Part shown: positions 29,412 through 39,219 of the stretch, piece by piece
How the letters are laid out: every line of letters begins with the position of its first letter
Position numbering within the stretch: the stretch's first letter is position 1
Assembly (NCBI GenBank): GCA_019894975.1
Contig: JAGXNO010000001.1
Span: forward strand, 128,001-192,000
Reading direction: 5' to 3'
Source: Promethearchaeota archaeon
GTDB taxonomy: Archaea > Asgardarchaeota > Lokiarchaeia > Sigyniarchaeales > SOKP01
Length of the DNA stretch: 64,000 bases
The notes under the pieces: model-generated
Seen by the model: the letters and a program-made list of their open reading frames with translations, nothing else
The model's database searches: none
Told to the model about the DNA's origin: nothing
Program-made: the position numbers and the translations under genes

Positions 29412-30725
29412 TTGATCTCATTGAATGAACAAGAATATCAAGAAATGATAAAACGTTGCCTTCGATGTTCAATTTGTAAATGGATTCCACAACTACAAAT
29501 TAAAAGCCAAAAATATGCAACAATTTGTCCTTCTATAGATTTATTCAACTATCACGCATATAGTGGAGGAGGACGCATTATTATAGCCCTTGCCTTAGAA
29601 ATGGGAAGATTAAAGCCTTCTGAAGAAATTCGTGATATAGTATATAAATGTACTGAATGCGGGGGTTGTGCTGTATCATGTAAGTTTTTAAACACTTTAG
29701 AACCACTTGAAATTATAAGTACACTCAGAGAAAAGTTAGTTTCTTTGGGCTACGGACCAATGCCAAAACAACAACAATATATTGAAGCTATAAAAAATAA
29801 TCATAATCCATACAATGAACCTCATGAAAATAGATTAGAGTGGCTCCCAAAGGATATTAAGATGGATCCTAAGGCCAAAACACTATATTTTGTAGGATGT
29901 ACCTCTTCTTACAGGAGAAAGGAAATAGCAATTGCAACTGCTCGTGTTTTAAATGCTGCTAATTATCCATTTAGAATTCTGGATGGTAATGAATTTTGTT
30001 GCGGCAGCCCTGTTCTAAGAACTGGAGATAAAGATTCCTTTGTACAACAGTTACATAAAAATATGGATATTATTGAGAAGGAAGGAATTGAGAATGTCGT
30101 TTTTAGTTGTGCAGGGTGTTATAATACTTTTAAAGTAGATTATCCATTAGAAAGAGAATATTCATTCAATATACTTCACACTACTGAAGTGTTTAATGAG
30201 TTAATCGCAAACTCAGCATTACAATTAAATAACCAAATTTCAGGAACTGTGACCTATCACGATCCTTGTCATCTAGGACGTAATTCAGAACAATATGAGG
30301 AATGGGATGGGGATGTGCTAGAATTAATGCCTTTAGTATCTATTAATATGCCCGAGAAGCCTAAAAGATGTGGAACAAGCGGAATTTATGATGCGCCAAG
30401 AGAAGTACTAAGGAAAATACAGGGACTAAATTTTGTTGAAATGGAAAGGAATAAAGAATTTTCATATTGTTGCGGTGCTGGGGGGGGAGTAAAATCAGCT
30501 TTTCCGGAATTTGCAGTTAAAACTGCAAAAACTCGAATTGAAGAGGCCGAAGATACTGGAGCAGATATAATTTCCTCAGCATGCCCTTTCTGTTCAACAA
30601 ATTTAAAAGATGGAATTGATGAAAGTGGTTCAAATCTTAGATTTTATGATATAAGTGAAATATTATTAATGGCCCTAGATTCACCACCTAAGTCTGTTAA
30701 AGAATCATCCACGGAGGTTTCATAA
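29412..30725 (+). CDS. HdrD/GlpC/GlcF-like Fe-S oxidoreductase (4Fe-4S + two CCG domains)
   Basis: CLRCSIC, CTECGGCAVSC, CCGSP, YHDPCHL, CCGAGGG, ACPFC. Confidence 0.92.
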   Translation: MISLNEQEYQEMIKRCLRCSICKWIPQLQIKSQKYATICPSIDLFNYHAYSGGGRIIIALALEMGRLKPSEEIRDIVYKCTECGGCAVSCKFLNTLEPLEIISTLREKLVSLGYGPMPKQQQYIEAIKNNHNPYNEPHENRLEWLPKDIKMDPKAKTLYFVGCTSSYRRKEIAIATARVLNAANYPFRILDGNEFCCGSPVLRTGDKDSFVQQLHKNMDIIEKEGIENVVFSCAGCYNTFKVDYPLEREYSFNILHTTEVFNELIANSALQLNNQISGTVTYHDPCHLGRNSEQYEEWDGDVLELMPLVSINMPEKPKRCGTSGIYDAPREVLRKIQGLNFVEMERNKEFSYCCGAGGGVKSAFPEFAVKTAKTRIEEAEDTGADIISSACPFCSTNLKDGIDESGSNLRFYDISEILLMALDSPPKSVKESSTEVS

Positions 30726-32294
30726 ATGACACTGGAGAAGGAGATTCTTAAAGAATTTGAAGTAGTAGTGGGTGAAGAAAATGTTGATGATGGTGATGTT
30801 ATAACAAATGTGTATGCCTATAATTGGTGTATGGAAATTTTTAATTATATGGACGATAAAGAACCGATCCCGTTTTCTCCTACACCGAAAGCAGTTATTT
30901 TACCATCTTCAACCGAGGAAGTCCAAGATATAGTTAAATTATGTAATAAATATGGTATTTTATTCAAAGCACAATCTACAGGTTTAGGCCCCTGGAATCA
31001 ACCAACATCAGATAACTCTATTATTATAGATCTTCGTAGAATGAATAAAATTGTTAAAATAGATGAGAAAAACCTCTATGCTGTAATTGAACCGTATGTG
31101 AGTGGAGCCCAACTTCAAGTTGAAATAATGAAATTTGGTCTTAATTGTCATATGCCCGGGGCTGGTCCAATGGTCTCTCCATTAGCTAGCGCTACGAGTA
31201 TGAACGGTCCAGGATTTACATCCCCTTCTACAGGACATAGTGCAAGAAATGTGTTAGCTGTAGAATGGGTTTTACCCGATGGGGAAATTATGAAACTTGG
31301 GTCTTATGGACTAAAAAATAACCCTGATTGGTATCATGGGGACGGTCCTGGCCCGTCATTAAGAGGTATCATGCGAGGTTGGGCTGGTACAAAATCAGGA
31401 CTTGGTGTTTTCACGAAGGTTGCGGTAAAACTCTTTCCCTATCCCTGCAAAACAGATTATAATGTTAAAGGAAATTCTCCGAACTATGATTTTGAAATTC
31501 CAGATTTTATGAAATTGTATGTTATGGATTGTGGAAATTTCAAGAAATTGAAATCTACAATGTTAAAGGTCGAAGAACAAGAAATCTCATTCATGTGCAG
31601 TTTTTTGTCTGGATTTGCAGTGATGGCTATATTTTCCAATTCTATTGAAAGTTTAATGGATAAGATTGCTATTGGAAGGATGAAAGCTCCATTAGTAATA
31701 ATAATAGCCGCTCGTTCAAAACGAGAATTTGAATATAAACAAAAAGTAATGGATTATTTATTAACAAAACTAAAATTAAAGAATATAATTGGAAAGATCT
31801 ATAACCCTGATCCAATATTTTATGCTGAAGCACTTCGATCAAACTTGGGATTACACGGATTTATAGCGACTGGAGGATTTCAATCTTCTAAGGGAGTCGC
31901 AGACACAGCAGCAGTATGTCTTCGAAGTACAAAATCAAACATATCTTTAAAAAAGGATTATGCTAAGAAAGGGGTAATTGCGAACGATTTTGGTGAAGGT
32001 ACATGGATGTCTTCATATGAATCAGGACATTATTTTCATATGGAATCCCCCACTATGTTTGATCAGACGAAAGAGGATAGTGTGAAAGGAATGGCGGAGT
32101 ATATGGATAAGAGTAACCAATTAGATTTAGTAAAACATCTTGGTGCTCCTTTCTTCGTGGAAGGCAATCGTATGCATGAGTTATTTGGGCCTCACATGTC
32201 CAACTATCACATATGGTTAAGAAAAATTAAAGAAACGTTTGACCCAAATAATATATCCGATTCTGGATTTTATATTTCACCACAAAACAAATAA
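30726..32294 (+). CDS. FAD-binding oxidoreductase (GlcD/VAO family)
   Basis: PSSTEEV, DLRRMNKI, GLGVFTK, IKETFDPNNI; abuts Fe-S gene. Confidence 0.9.
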   Translation: MTLEKEILKEFEVVVGEENVDDGDVITNVYAYNWCMEIFNYMDDKEPIPFSPTPKAVILPSSTEEVQDIVKLCNKYGILFKAQSTGLGPWNQPTSDNSIIIDLRRMNKIVKIDEKNLYAVIEPYVSGAQLQVEIMKFGLNCHMPGAGPMVSPLASATSMNGPGFTSPSTGHSARNVLAVEWVLPDGEIMKLGSYGLKNNPDWYHGDGPGPSLRGIMRGWAGTKSGLGVFTKVAVKLFPYPCKTDYNVKGNSPNYDFEIPDFMKLYVMDCGNFKKLKSTMLKVEEQEISFMCSFLSGFAVMAIFSNSIESLMDKIAIGRMKAPLVIIIAARSKREFEYKQKVMDYLLTKLKLKNIIGKIYNPDPIFYAEALRSNLGLHGFIATGGFQSSKGVADTAAVCLRSTKSNISLKKDYAKKGVIANDFGEGTWMSSYESGHYFHMESPTMFDQTKEDSVKGMAEYMDKSNQLDLVKHLGAPFFVEGNRMHELFGPHMSNYHIWLRKIKETFDPNNISDSGFYISPQNK

Positions 32295-32318
32295 AATATT
32301 GAGTTTAGACACGATCTC

Positions 32319-32735
32319 ATGGTAGAATCCAACCAAGAAAATAAAAAAATACGGGGTTTCGCAGTCCTAATCAATAGTATCCTATTACCTCTAAATGAAA
32401 ATAGGAAATTTAAAGAAAAATTTGGCAAGTTCAATGTTAAAATTCTCTTAAATGCTTCAAACCTAAATTATGCAGCAATTATTATGGTCGATAAGGGTTT
32501 GGTGAGAGTTGAGAGCATCCCAAATAAACCTAAGGAAAATTTAAAAAAACGAAAGATAGGGTGGAACTCGTATTTGGAGATGGATTCTCAAACATTCCTT
32601 GCTATTGCTATGAATCGGCTCTCACTAGTTGGAGTAGCGAAGAAATGGTTAACACGTGAAATAAAAATGCGGGGAATTAGAAAGTTGATTATTTTGTTGA
32701 AGATTTTTAGGTTTTTAACAAATTATGAAGAATAA
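32319..32735 (+). CDS. SCP2-like lipid-binding protein (putative)
   Basis: Size and LEMDSQTFLAIAMNRLS....WLTREIKMRG pattern typical of the SCP2 C-terminal half. Confidence 0.55.
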   Translation: MVESNQENKKIRGFAVLINSILLPLNENRKFKEKFGKFNVKILLNASNLNYAAIIMVDKGLVRVESIPNKPKENLKKRKIGWNSYLEMDSQTFLAIAMNRLSLVGVAKKWLTREIKMRGIRKLIILLKIFRFLTNYEE

Positions 32736-32806
32736 ATACAATAAAAAAAATATAAAAAAGATTGATTATAAGTACAAGAATTAAAGAAACCCGGTGAGGA
32801 TGTTAT

Positions 32807-33790
32807 ATGGGAAGAAGAAGTAAACCTGAAGTATTTCAAGGAGATTTGAAGAAAAAATTCTATTTTGAAGGTTGGTATAACAAAATTGTAGATAAACCAA
32901 CAGATCATATCTATGCTATTATTCCAGCAATAGCATTGAACAGAAAGGAACAATCTTCACATGCATTTATCCAATTTTTAGATGGGGTTAATGCAACTGC
33001 CGAATATTTTAAATTTCCTTTAGAGGATTTTCAAAATCTTTCTACGGAGCAATTTGAAATTCAGATTGGTAAAAATTATTTCTCTTTGGATCGAATTCAA
33101 TTAGAAATAGACCAGGATAATTTTTCTATTAAGGGAAGTCTTGAATATGTTGATCCGGTTCCATGGCCTAAAAAATTCCTGCAACCTGGAGTAATGGGGT
33201 GGTTTTCTTACATGCCTTTTATGGAAACATATCATGGAATGGTGAGTATGAACCATGAAATTCAAGGAACACTTACAATTAATGGCAAGGAAATAAATTT
33301 TAACAATGGAAAAGGATATATTGAGAAAGATTGGGGAAAATCCTTCCCAAGTGCATGGATATGGACTCAGTCAAACCATTTTTCCAATCCTAACCTTTCA
33401 TTTATGTTTTCAATAGCCAAAATACCATTTCTTGGAATGAACTTTAACGGTTTTTTAAGCGCGTTATGGCATGAAGGGAATTTCTATAAATTTGCTACCT
33501 ATACAAGGGCGAAAGTTAAAACATTAGACATCGAACCAGATAATCTTCATATCATTGTAGAGGATAAGAAATATCGTCTTGATTTTGAGGTCGCAAAAAA
33601 GGGGATAGGCTCAGGACTTCTAAAGGCTCCACAAGAAGGAGTAATGACAGGTCATATAGCTGAAAGCATAAATTCTAAAATTAAATTACGACTTTTTGAT
33701 AAAAAGAATGAATCAATAATCATCGATGATTTAGGTGTAAATGCAGGATTAGAAATAAAAGATCCTGAATCACTCAAACCCAAAAAATAG
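32807..33790 (+). CDS. Tocopherol cyclase family protein
   Basis: YFEGWY, MGWFSYMPFMETYH, GYIEKDWGKSFPSAWIWTQSN. Confidence 0.85.
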   Translation: MGRRSKPEVFQGDLKKKFYFEGWYNKIVDKPTDHIYAIIPAIALNRKEQSSHAFIQFLDGVNATAEYFKFPLEDFQNLSTEQFEIQIGKNYFSLDRIQLEIDQDNFSIKGSLEYVDPVPWPKKFLQPGVMGWFSYMPFMETYHGMVSMNHEIQGTLTINGKEINFNNGKGYIEKDWGKSFPSAWIWTQSNHFSNPNLSFMFSIAKIPFLGMNFNGFLSALWHEGNFYKFATYTRAKVKTLDIEPDNLHIIVEDKKYRLDFEVAKKGIGSGLLKAPQEGVMTGHIAESINSKIKLRLFDKKNESIIIDDLGVNAGLEIKDPESLKPKK

Positions 33791-33801
33791 CAAATATTAA
33801 G

Positions 33802-34488
33802 CTATTTCTTTTCTTCTAACGCTTTTTTTGGGAATAACCGTTCTATCAATTTTACGCTATGGGTATCCATATCATATTCTACTAAACCTACTTTAGCAAG
33901 TTCCTGCACTGAATGTAACACAAACGCACCACCTATTCCTAGTGTTGTTTTTAACTCATCTCTAGTCATTACTTCTTTATCACCATGTAATGTAAGGAGT
34001 ATCCTGTAGTGCGCTTGACCGCTCCAGATCTCCGAAACTAATACAGAATAGATTGAAAGTAAGGCACGAACTCTCTCAAAATTATATTCTGCGTTCTCTG
34101 CTTCCTCAGCAACCTTCATGAATTTCGACAATTCTACTTTAACATTTTGATACTCATCAAGTAATTTCATTTGTTCTTCCGTCATTGAGCCAATTTTTTG
34201 GTCTTTTTCTTGTTTTTCAAGCTCAAGTTTCTTAGTTTCTTCTTCTAATTTTTTCTTATCTATTTCTAATTGTTGCTTTTCACTTTCTAGAGAATTTTTT
34301 TCTTGTTCAAGGAGCATTTTTTCTTTTTCTAATTTCTCTTTCTCACTACTAAGCTCCACTTTATCACTCTCGAGGGTTAATAACGCAGTTCTAGAGGTTT
34401 CTAATACCTCTATAAATTCTTTAAAACTAGATTCAGCAGCTTGAATAGTATTATCAAGAGCACTTAAGGTTTTTTCTTCATCTTCCAT
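33802..34488 (-). CDS. Coiled-coil (leucine zipper) protein with C-terminal winged helix
   Basis: Heptad LExEK repeats followed by ILLTLHG....TRDELK..LG......SVQELAKVGLVEY. Confidence 0.75.
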   Translation of the reverse strand: MEDEEKTLSALDNTIQAAESSFKEFIEVLETSRTALLTLESDKVELSSEKEKLEKEKMLLEQEKNSLESEKQQLEIDKKKLEEETKKLELEKQEKDQKIGSMTEEQMKLLDEYQNVKVELSKFMKVAEEAENAEYNFERVRALLSIYSVLVSEIWSGQAHYRILLTLHGDKEVMTRDELKTTLGIGGAFVLHSVQELAKVGLVEYDMDTHSVKLIERLFPKKALEEKK

Positions 34489-34670
34489 TGGAATCACAAT
34501 TTATTTTTATTAATTATTTCTAATATATTTATTTAATTTAAAGTCATTAAAAACAATATTATTTAACTAAATTATATTTTAATATTGAAGATTTAAACTT
34601 TGAATGATTCATCTTTAATAATTCATTATTATCGATTTTCGATATCAAAAAGGATGCTTAAAATAATATT

Positions 34671-35951
34671 ATGTCTATAACCCCTAATGAAGGAGAAAAG
34701 GAAACTTTTAAATGGATTAATAAGCAGGGGATAATGTGGAAGTTTAAATTCTACGGTTTCTTTAAGAATCTCAAGTTTTTTGAACCCTATTTGCTGTTAA
34801 TCTTTTTGGCATGGGAGATCAACCTATTCCAAATCGGGTTATTAATTGCGATTCAAGAAACATTTACTTTTATTTTCGAAGTCCCGTCAGGAATGATTGC
34901 TGATACAAGGGGTAAAAAGACCGAATTATTATTCTGTTTTGTTTTTTATATTCTCTCTTTTTTCTTTTATTTTATGGGACCTGATTACTTTATATTAATG
35001 ATGGGAGCTATGTTTTTCGGTTTAGGGGAGGCTTTCCGCTCAGGAACACATAAAGCGATGGAAATGCAGTGGATGGAAAGAAATGGAATCCTAAAATATA
35101 AATCGTATGTCTATGGCACTACAAGGTCCTATAGTCTATATGGTTCGGCTATTTCAAGTATTTTTGCTATAATCTTTATATTAAATATCCCCGAAAATAG
35201 ATGGATCTTCATTTTAACCATTATTCCTTATATTATTGATTTTATTCTTATTAGTACTTACCCAAATTATATGAATGAGCACTCACCTAAGAAGGAAAGC
35301 TATTGGAAAGACTTCATTGGAGCGTTTAAGGGCTTAAAGATTGTGATTACAGACCGTAAGCTTAGAAAGGGCTTATTATCGAATTCTACATATGATGGTA
35401 TTTTCAAATCTCTTAAAGATTATATACAACCTATAATGAAATTATTCATAGTTGTTTTATTAATTGATCTAGCAATACCTAGCTCACCCGAAGAGGAAGA
35501 ATTCTATTTAACCTTGATTCTTGGTTTAATTTATGCTTTATTTTATTTGGTTTCATCCTTTTCGTCGAAAAATGCCTATTTTGTATTAAAAAAAGTAAAA
35601 TCTTCTAAGTATGCGATGGATACTATATTTTTTATATTCGCAATTCTAATTCTTTTTGAAGCACTCTTACTTTGGTTTAAGATACCACTTTTAATAATAA
35701 TTATTTATTTAATTATTTATGTTATATATAATCTCAGAAGACCAATTGGTGTGGATTACTTAGGAGATGTGATGGAAAAAGATCAAAGAGCAACAATATT
35801 AAGTGTGGAAGTATTGCTAAGATCACTTATAATTATCGTTTTAGCCCCTCTATTCGGTTTTATAGCTGAAGTATTTTCACTTGAGGTATTATTTCTTTGG
35901 CTAGCCGTTTTTATGATATTAATAAATCTTGTAATTCTACAAGGTTCATAA
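34671..35951 (+). CDS. MFS transporter
   Basis: About 12 TM segments, FEVPSGMIADTRGKK, GEAFRSGT. Confidence 0.9.
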   Translation: MSITPNEGEKETFKWINKQGIMWKFKFYGFFKNLKFFEPYLLLIFLAWEINLFQIGLLIAIQETFTFIFEVPSGMIADTRGKKTELLFCFVFYILSFFFYFMGPDYFILMMGAMFFGLGEAFRSGTHKAMEMQWMERNGILKYKSYVYGTTRSYSLYGSAISSIFAIIFILNIPENRWIFILTIIPYIIDFILISTYPNYMNEHSPKKESYWKDFIGAFKGLKIVITDRKLRKGLLSNSTYDGIFKSLKDYIQPIMKLFIVVLLIDLAIPSSPEEEEFYLTLILGLIYALFYLVSSFSSKNAYFVLKKVKSSKYAMDTIFFIFAILILFEALLLWFKIPLLIIIIYLIIYVIYNLRRPIGVDYLGDVMEKDQRATILSVEVLLRSLIIIVLAPLFGFIAEVFSLEVLFLWLAVFMILINLVILQGS

Positions 35952-35968
35952 AAAGAAGAAGATATAAA

Positions 35969-37228
35969 TTAGTTATCAATCCATAGATGTGCTAAATGAA
36001 TAATAACTTCACTTGCTTTTTGTAATGCTAATGTTGGTATATGTTCCTTTCTTGAATGAATCAACATGCCTCCTGAAAATATATTCGGAGTAAGAATTCC
36101 TCTGGCACTTAATTTGGAGCCATCTGTACCACCCCTTATAGGATTTATAATAGGTTCTAAACCAGTTTCTTCTATGGCTTGTTTAGCTGTATCAATAATT
36201 ATTTGCTTTTTTTCTAAGAATTTAACCATGTTTTGATATTGATGTAAAAAATCTATTTCAATTTCTAATCCCGGATATCGCACTTCATAAGCATCTTTTA
36301 GTTTTTTAATATATTCGATCCGTCTCTGATTACCCTTTTCTTCAAAATCTCTAATTAACACTTTTGCTGTCGCTTCTTCTGGAATTCCTTGAAATTTTAA
36401 TAGATGATAAAACCCCTCTCTTTCTTCTGTATGTTGTGGTGATTCCGCTTCAGGGAGTTCACTAAAAAATCTACTTGCTATTTCTATAGCATTAATCATT
36501 TTATTTTTAGCAATTCCGGGGTGGACATTTAAACCTTTAAATGTAAATGTTGCTCGCCAGGCGTCGAAACATTCATATTCTAGTTGTCCCATTTCTCCAC
36601 CATCGACCGTATAACATATTTTCGGTAGTCTTTTCTCATCTACTTTAGTCATCCCTAAACCTGTCTCTTCATCTGGGGAAAAACATACGAATATCGGTCC
36701 ATGATCTAATTCAGGATATTTGTGCCAAGCAGCACAAGCAGCCATAATTTCTGCAATCCCTGCTTTATCATCGGCACCTAATAAGGTATCTCCCTCAGAT
36801 GTTATAATATCAAGACCGATATATTCTTCTAGTAGTGGAGAATCATCAAAATGTAATGTTAATCCTTTATCTTGGGCAAATTTTATCACACTCCCATCAT
36901 AATTTTGGTGAATTACAGGTTTTACATCTTTTCCACTTACAGCTTCAGAAGTGTCCAAATGAGCTAGTAACCCAATTGGTGTTTTCTTTTCAAATCCTTT
37001 ACTTGGAGGTAGATACGCATATAAAAACCCATATTCATCATGAACAATATTCTCAAGATTTAATGCTTTAAGTTCTCCAACCAATATTTTTCCTAAATCA
37101 AATTGGTTTTCTGTGGTGGGAACAGTGTCTCCACTTTCATCTGAAGTGGTCCACACTTTCACATATCTTAAAAATCGTTCTACAGCATCTTTTAGTAAAA
37201 ATTCCTGTATCTCTCTTGATAGTTCCAT
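35969..37228 (-). CDS. pepT: Peptidase T (M20 tripeptidase)
   Basis: ERFLRYV, AHLDTS, LLGADDKAG, PDEE, IRGGTDG. Confidence 0.93.
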   Translation of the reverse strand: MELSREIQEFLLKDAVERFLRYVKVWTTSDESGDTVPTTENQFDLGKILVGELKALNLENIVHDEYGFLYAYLPPSKGFEKKTPIGLLAHLDTSEAVSGKDVKPVIHQNYDGSVIKFAQDKGLTLHFDDSPLLEEYIGLDIITSEGDTLLGADDKAGIAEIMAACAAWHKYPELDHGPIFVCFSPDEETGLGMTKVDEKRLPKICYTVDGGEMGQLEYECFDAWRATFTFKGLNVHPGIAKNKMINAIEIASRFFSELPEAESPQHTEEREGFYHLLKFQGIPEEATAKVLIRDFEEKGNQRRIEYIKKLKDAYEVRYPGLEIEIDFLHQYQNMVKFLEKKQIIIDTAKQAIEETGLEPIINPIRGGTDGSKLSARGILTPNIFSGGMLIHSRKEHIPTLALQKASEVIIHLAHLWIDN

Positions 37229-37285
37229 ATTATTGAAAATTAATCCTAAATTTTAAACTTAAATATTATTTTAAGCTGTTTTATA

Positions 37286-38074
37286 TCATTTTCCCTTGAA
37301 TATTGGGTCTCTTTTTCCAAGAAATGATCTATTACCTTCTCTATAATCGTACGTCTTCATGTTTTCAGTAAATAAATGAAACTCATTTTGTAAAGAGCTT
37401 ATAAGATCGTTCTTTAAAGAATAGTTTAGCATAGATTTATTATAGCCCAGGCATTTTGTAGGCATTTTTGCTAAGTTTCTTATATATTCTTGTGACTTTT
37501 CTTCAAATTCTTTAAAGGGGTATACTTCATTTATCAATCCAATTTCTAATGCTTCTTTCGCATCAAGGTGGCGCCCAGTGAAAATAATGTCAGTAGCTCG
37601 TGCTAGTCCTATTAATCGGGGAAGAAACCAACTTGCTCCATGCAACATGCAAATTGCTCTGGATGTACGATGATCACCTATTTCTAGATTGTCAGCAGCT
37701 AGTCGAATATCACAAGCAAGTGCCAGTTCGTATCCCGCTCCTAAGCAATATCCATGTAATACAGCAACAACAGGTATTGGTATCGTTCTTATTAAATGGA
37801 TTAGTTTGTGGTGCGGTAATTTAAATCTTTCATCGAGAGGGGGAAAATCATCCACCATAATTTGAAAATCATCCCCAGAACAAAAACTTCTACCTGCTCC
37901 ATTAAAAACAATAACCCGAATAAGTTTATCTTTCAAAATAGATTCGAAAACCTCAAGAATTTCCCTTATTGTAGGATATTGAATAGCGTTTAGTTTTTCT
38001 GGACGATTGAGGGTAATAGTACAGACTCCTGATTCTACAGAGTAAATTATATCTTTAAACTCTTTTTCTGGAAT
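37286..38074 (-). CDS. Enoyl-CoA hydratase/isomerase; N-terminus extends 46 codons beyond ORF track, probable ATT start
   Basis: In-frame IPEKEFKDIIYSVESGVCTITLNRPEKLNA; GRSFCSGDD, LGAGYELALACD; AGGAGAG upstream. Confidence 0.88.
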   Translation of the reverse strand: MPEKEFKDIIYSVESGVCTITLNRPEKLNAIQYPTIREILEVFESILKDKLIRVIVFNGAGRSFCSGDDFQIMVDDFPPLDERFKLPHHKLIHLIRTIPIPVVAVLHGYCLGAGYELALACDIRLAADNLEIGDHRTSRAICMLHGASWFLPRLIGLARATDIIFTGRHLDAKEALEIGLINEVYPFKEFEEKSQEYIRNLAKMPTKCLGYNKSMLNYSLKNDLISSLQNEFHLFTENMKTYDYREGNRSFLGKRDPIFKGK

Positions 38075-38157
38075 AGTTAATCTCTCCTAAATTTATTAGT
38101 TTAATAAAACTAATTCTTTGAATAATATTGAATTAAAGAAAAAAAAAGAAAAAGACT

Positions 38158-38823
38158 TTACCAAAATCCAAACTTTTCATCTAATTTTGGCCCAAATACA
38201 AGGAAATATGGAACGGCAAGATCTAAAGCACCTGCATATAGATTAATTAATGGAGTAAAAATTAATACTGCGGATACACCAGTAATATCCCCTAATCCAA
38301 GAACTTCAAGATTAACATAAGGTAAATTTTCTATCCCCCAAACAGTAACAAAAAAGAGGAAATTCATACCAATCATTACCAAAATCCGGGCAATGATACT
38401 TATAATACCTGTAAGGGCAAAATTCCGAGGATTTCTTACTTTTGAGCTATTAGTTACATTTCTTTCCCATAATTTTAATATTAGAAAAGGAATAACTATT
38501 AACGGAACTGTAGCACTAAATTTAAATACGGGACCAATCCATCCACTTGGATCAATAAGTAATAGACCAAAAGAACCAGTTAGACAACTAATTAATCCTG
38601 CATAAGTACCAAAAACTAAAAAACAGATTATCCAAACCCAGGATGTTGGGTCAAATAAAGCTATCCCCCAACCAGTAATTCTAGATGCGTTAATGATCGG
38701 TGAGAGCACAACTGCCATAACAGTAGATAAAGCACCAAAAATAGCACCTCCTGCAAGTTGTATTATTAAATCTGATTTTTCTGATCTCACAACTTCTATT
38801 TCTCCAGCTTTAATTTCAGACAT
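38158..38823 (-). CDS. Membrane protein, ECF transporter S-component-like
   Basis: About six TM segments, AIFGALS N-terminal helix, FDPT...FGTYAG motif. Confidence 0.65.
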   Translation of the reverse strand: MSEIKAGEIEVVRSEKSDLIIQLAGGAIFGALSTVMAVVLSPIINASRITGWGIALFDPTSWVWIICFLVFGTYAGLISCLTGSFGLLLIDPSGWIGPVFKFSATVPLIVIPFLILKLWERNVTNSSKVRNPRNFALTGIISIIARILVMIGMNFLFFVTVWGIENLPYVNLEVLGLGDITGVSAVLIFTPLINLYAGALDLAVPYFLVFGPKLDEKFGFW

Positions 38824-39219
38824 GGTATACTGTTAATTATTTTGTATATTTTTAATTTGCAGAAATTAGAGATTTCTATTTAAATTTACGGGTAATGAAG
38901 ATCTTTAATCTAATGAAGTTTATAACATATTTTCTTGATAATTTAGAGATTATTCGAACTTTCCTTTAATTTAACATATTGAAATATATAAATTAGTGAT
39001 AAAGTGTTAAATTAAAACCTTTTCTTATTCCAGATTTTAATATTTAATCTACCCATTTTTGGAGATAGAAACAAAAATGAATATGGTAAGGAACGTATGA
39101 AAAAACTCTTAGCATATCCAGAAAAACATAAAATGCTTATTGACAAAGCTTATGATGAAGCTTGGCAAATTTATGTTGAACAGCTTTCTAAGTATCAAGC
39201 AAATTAAAAATTAGATAAT

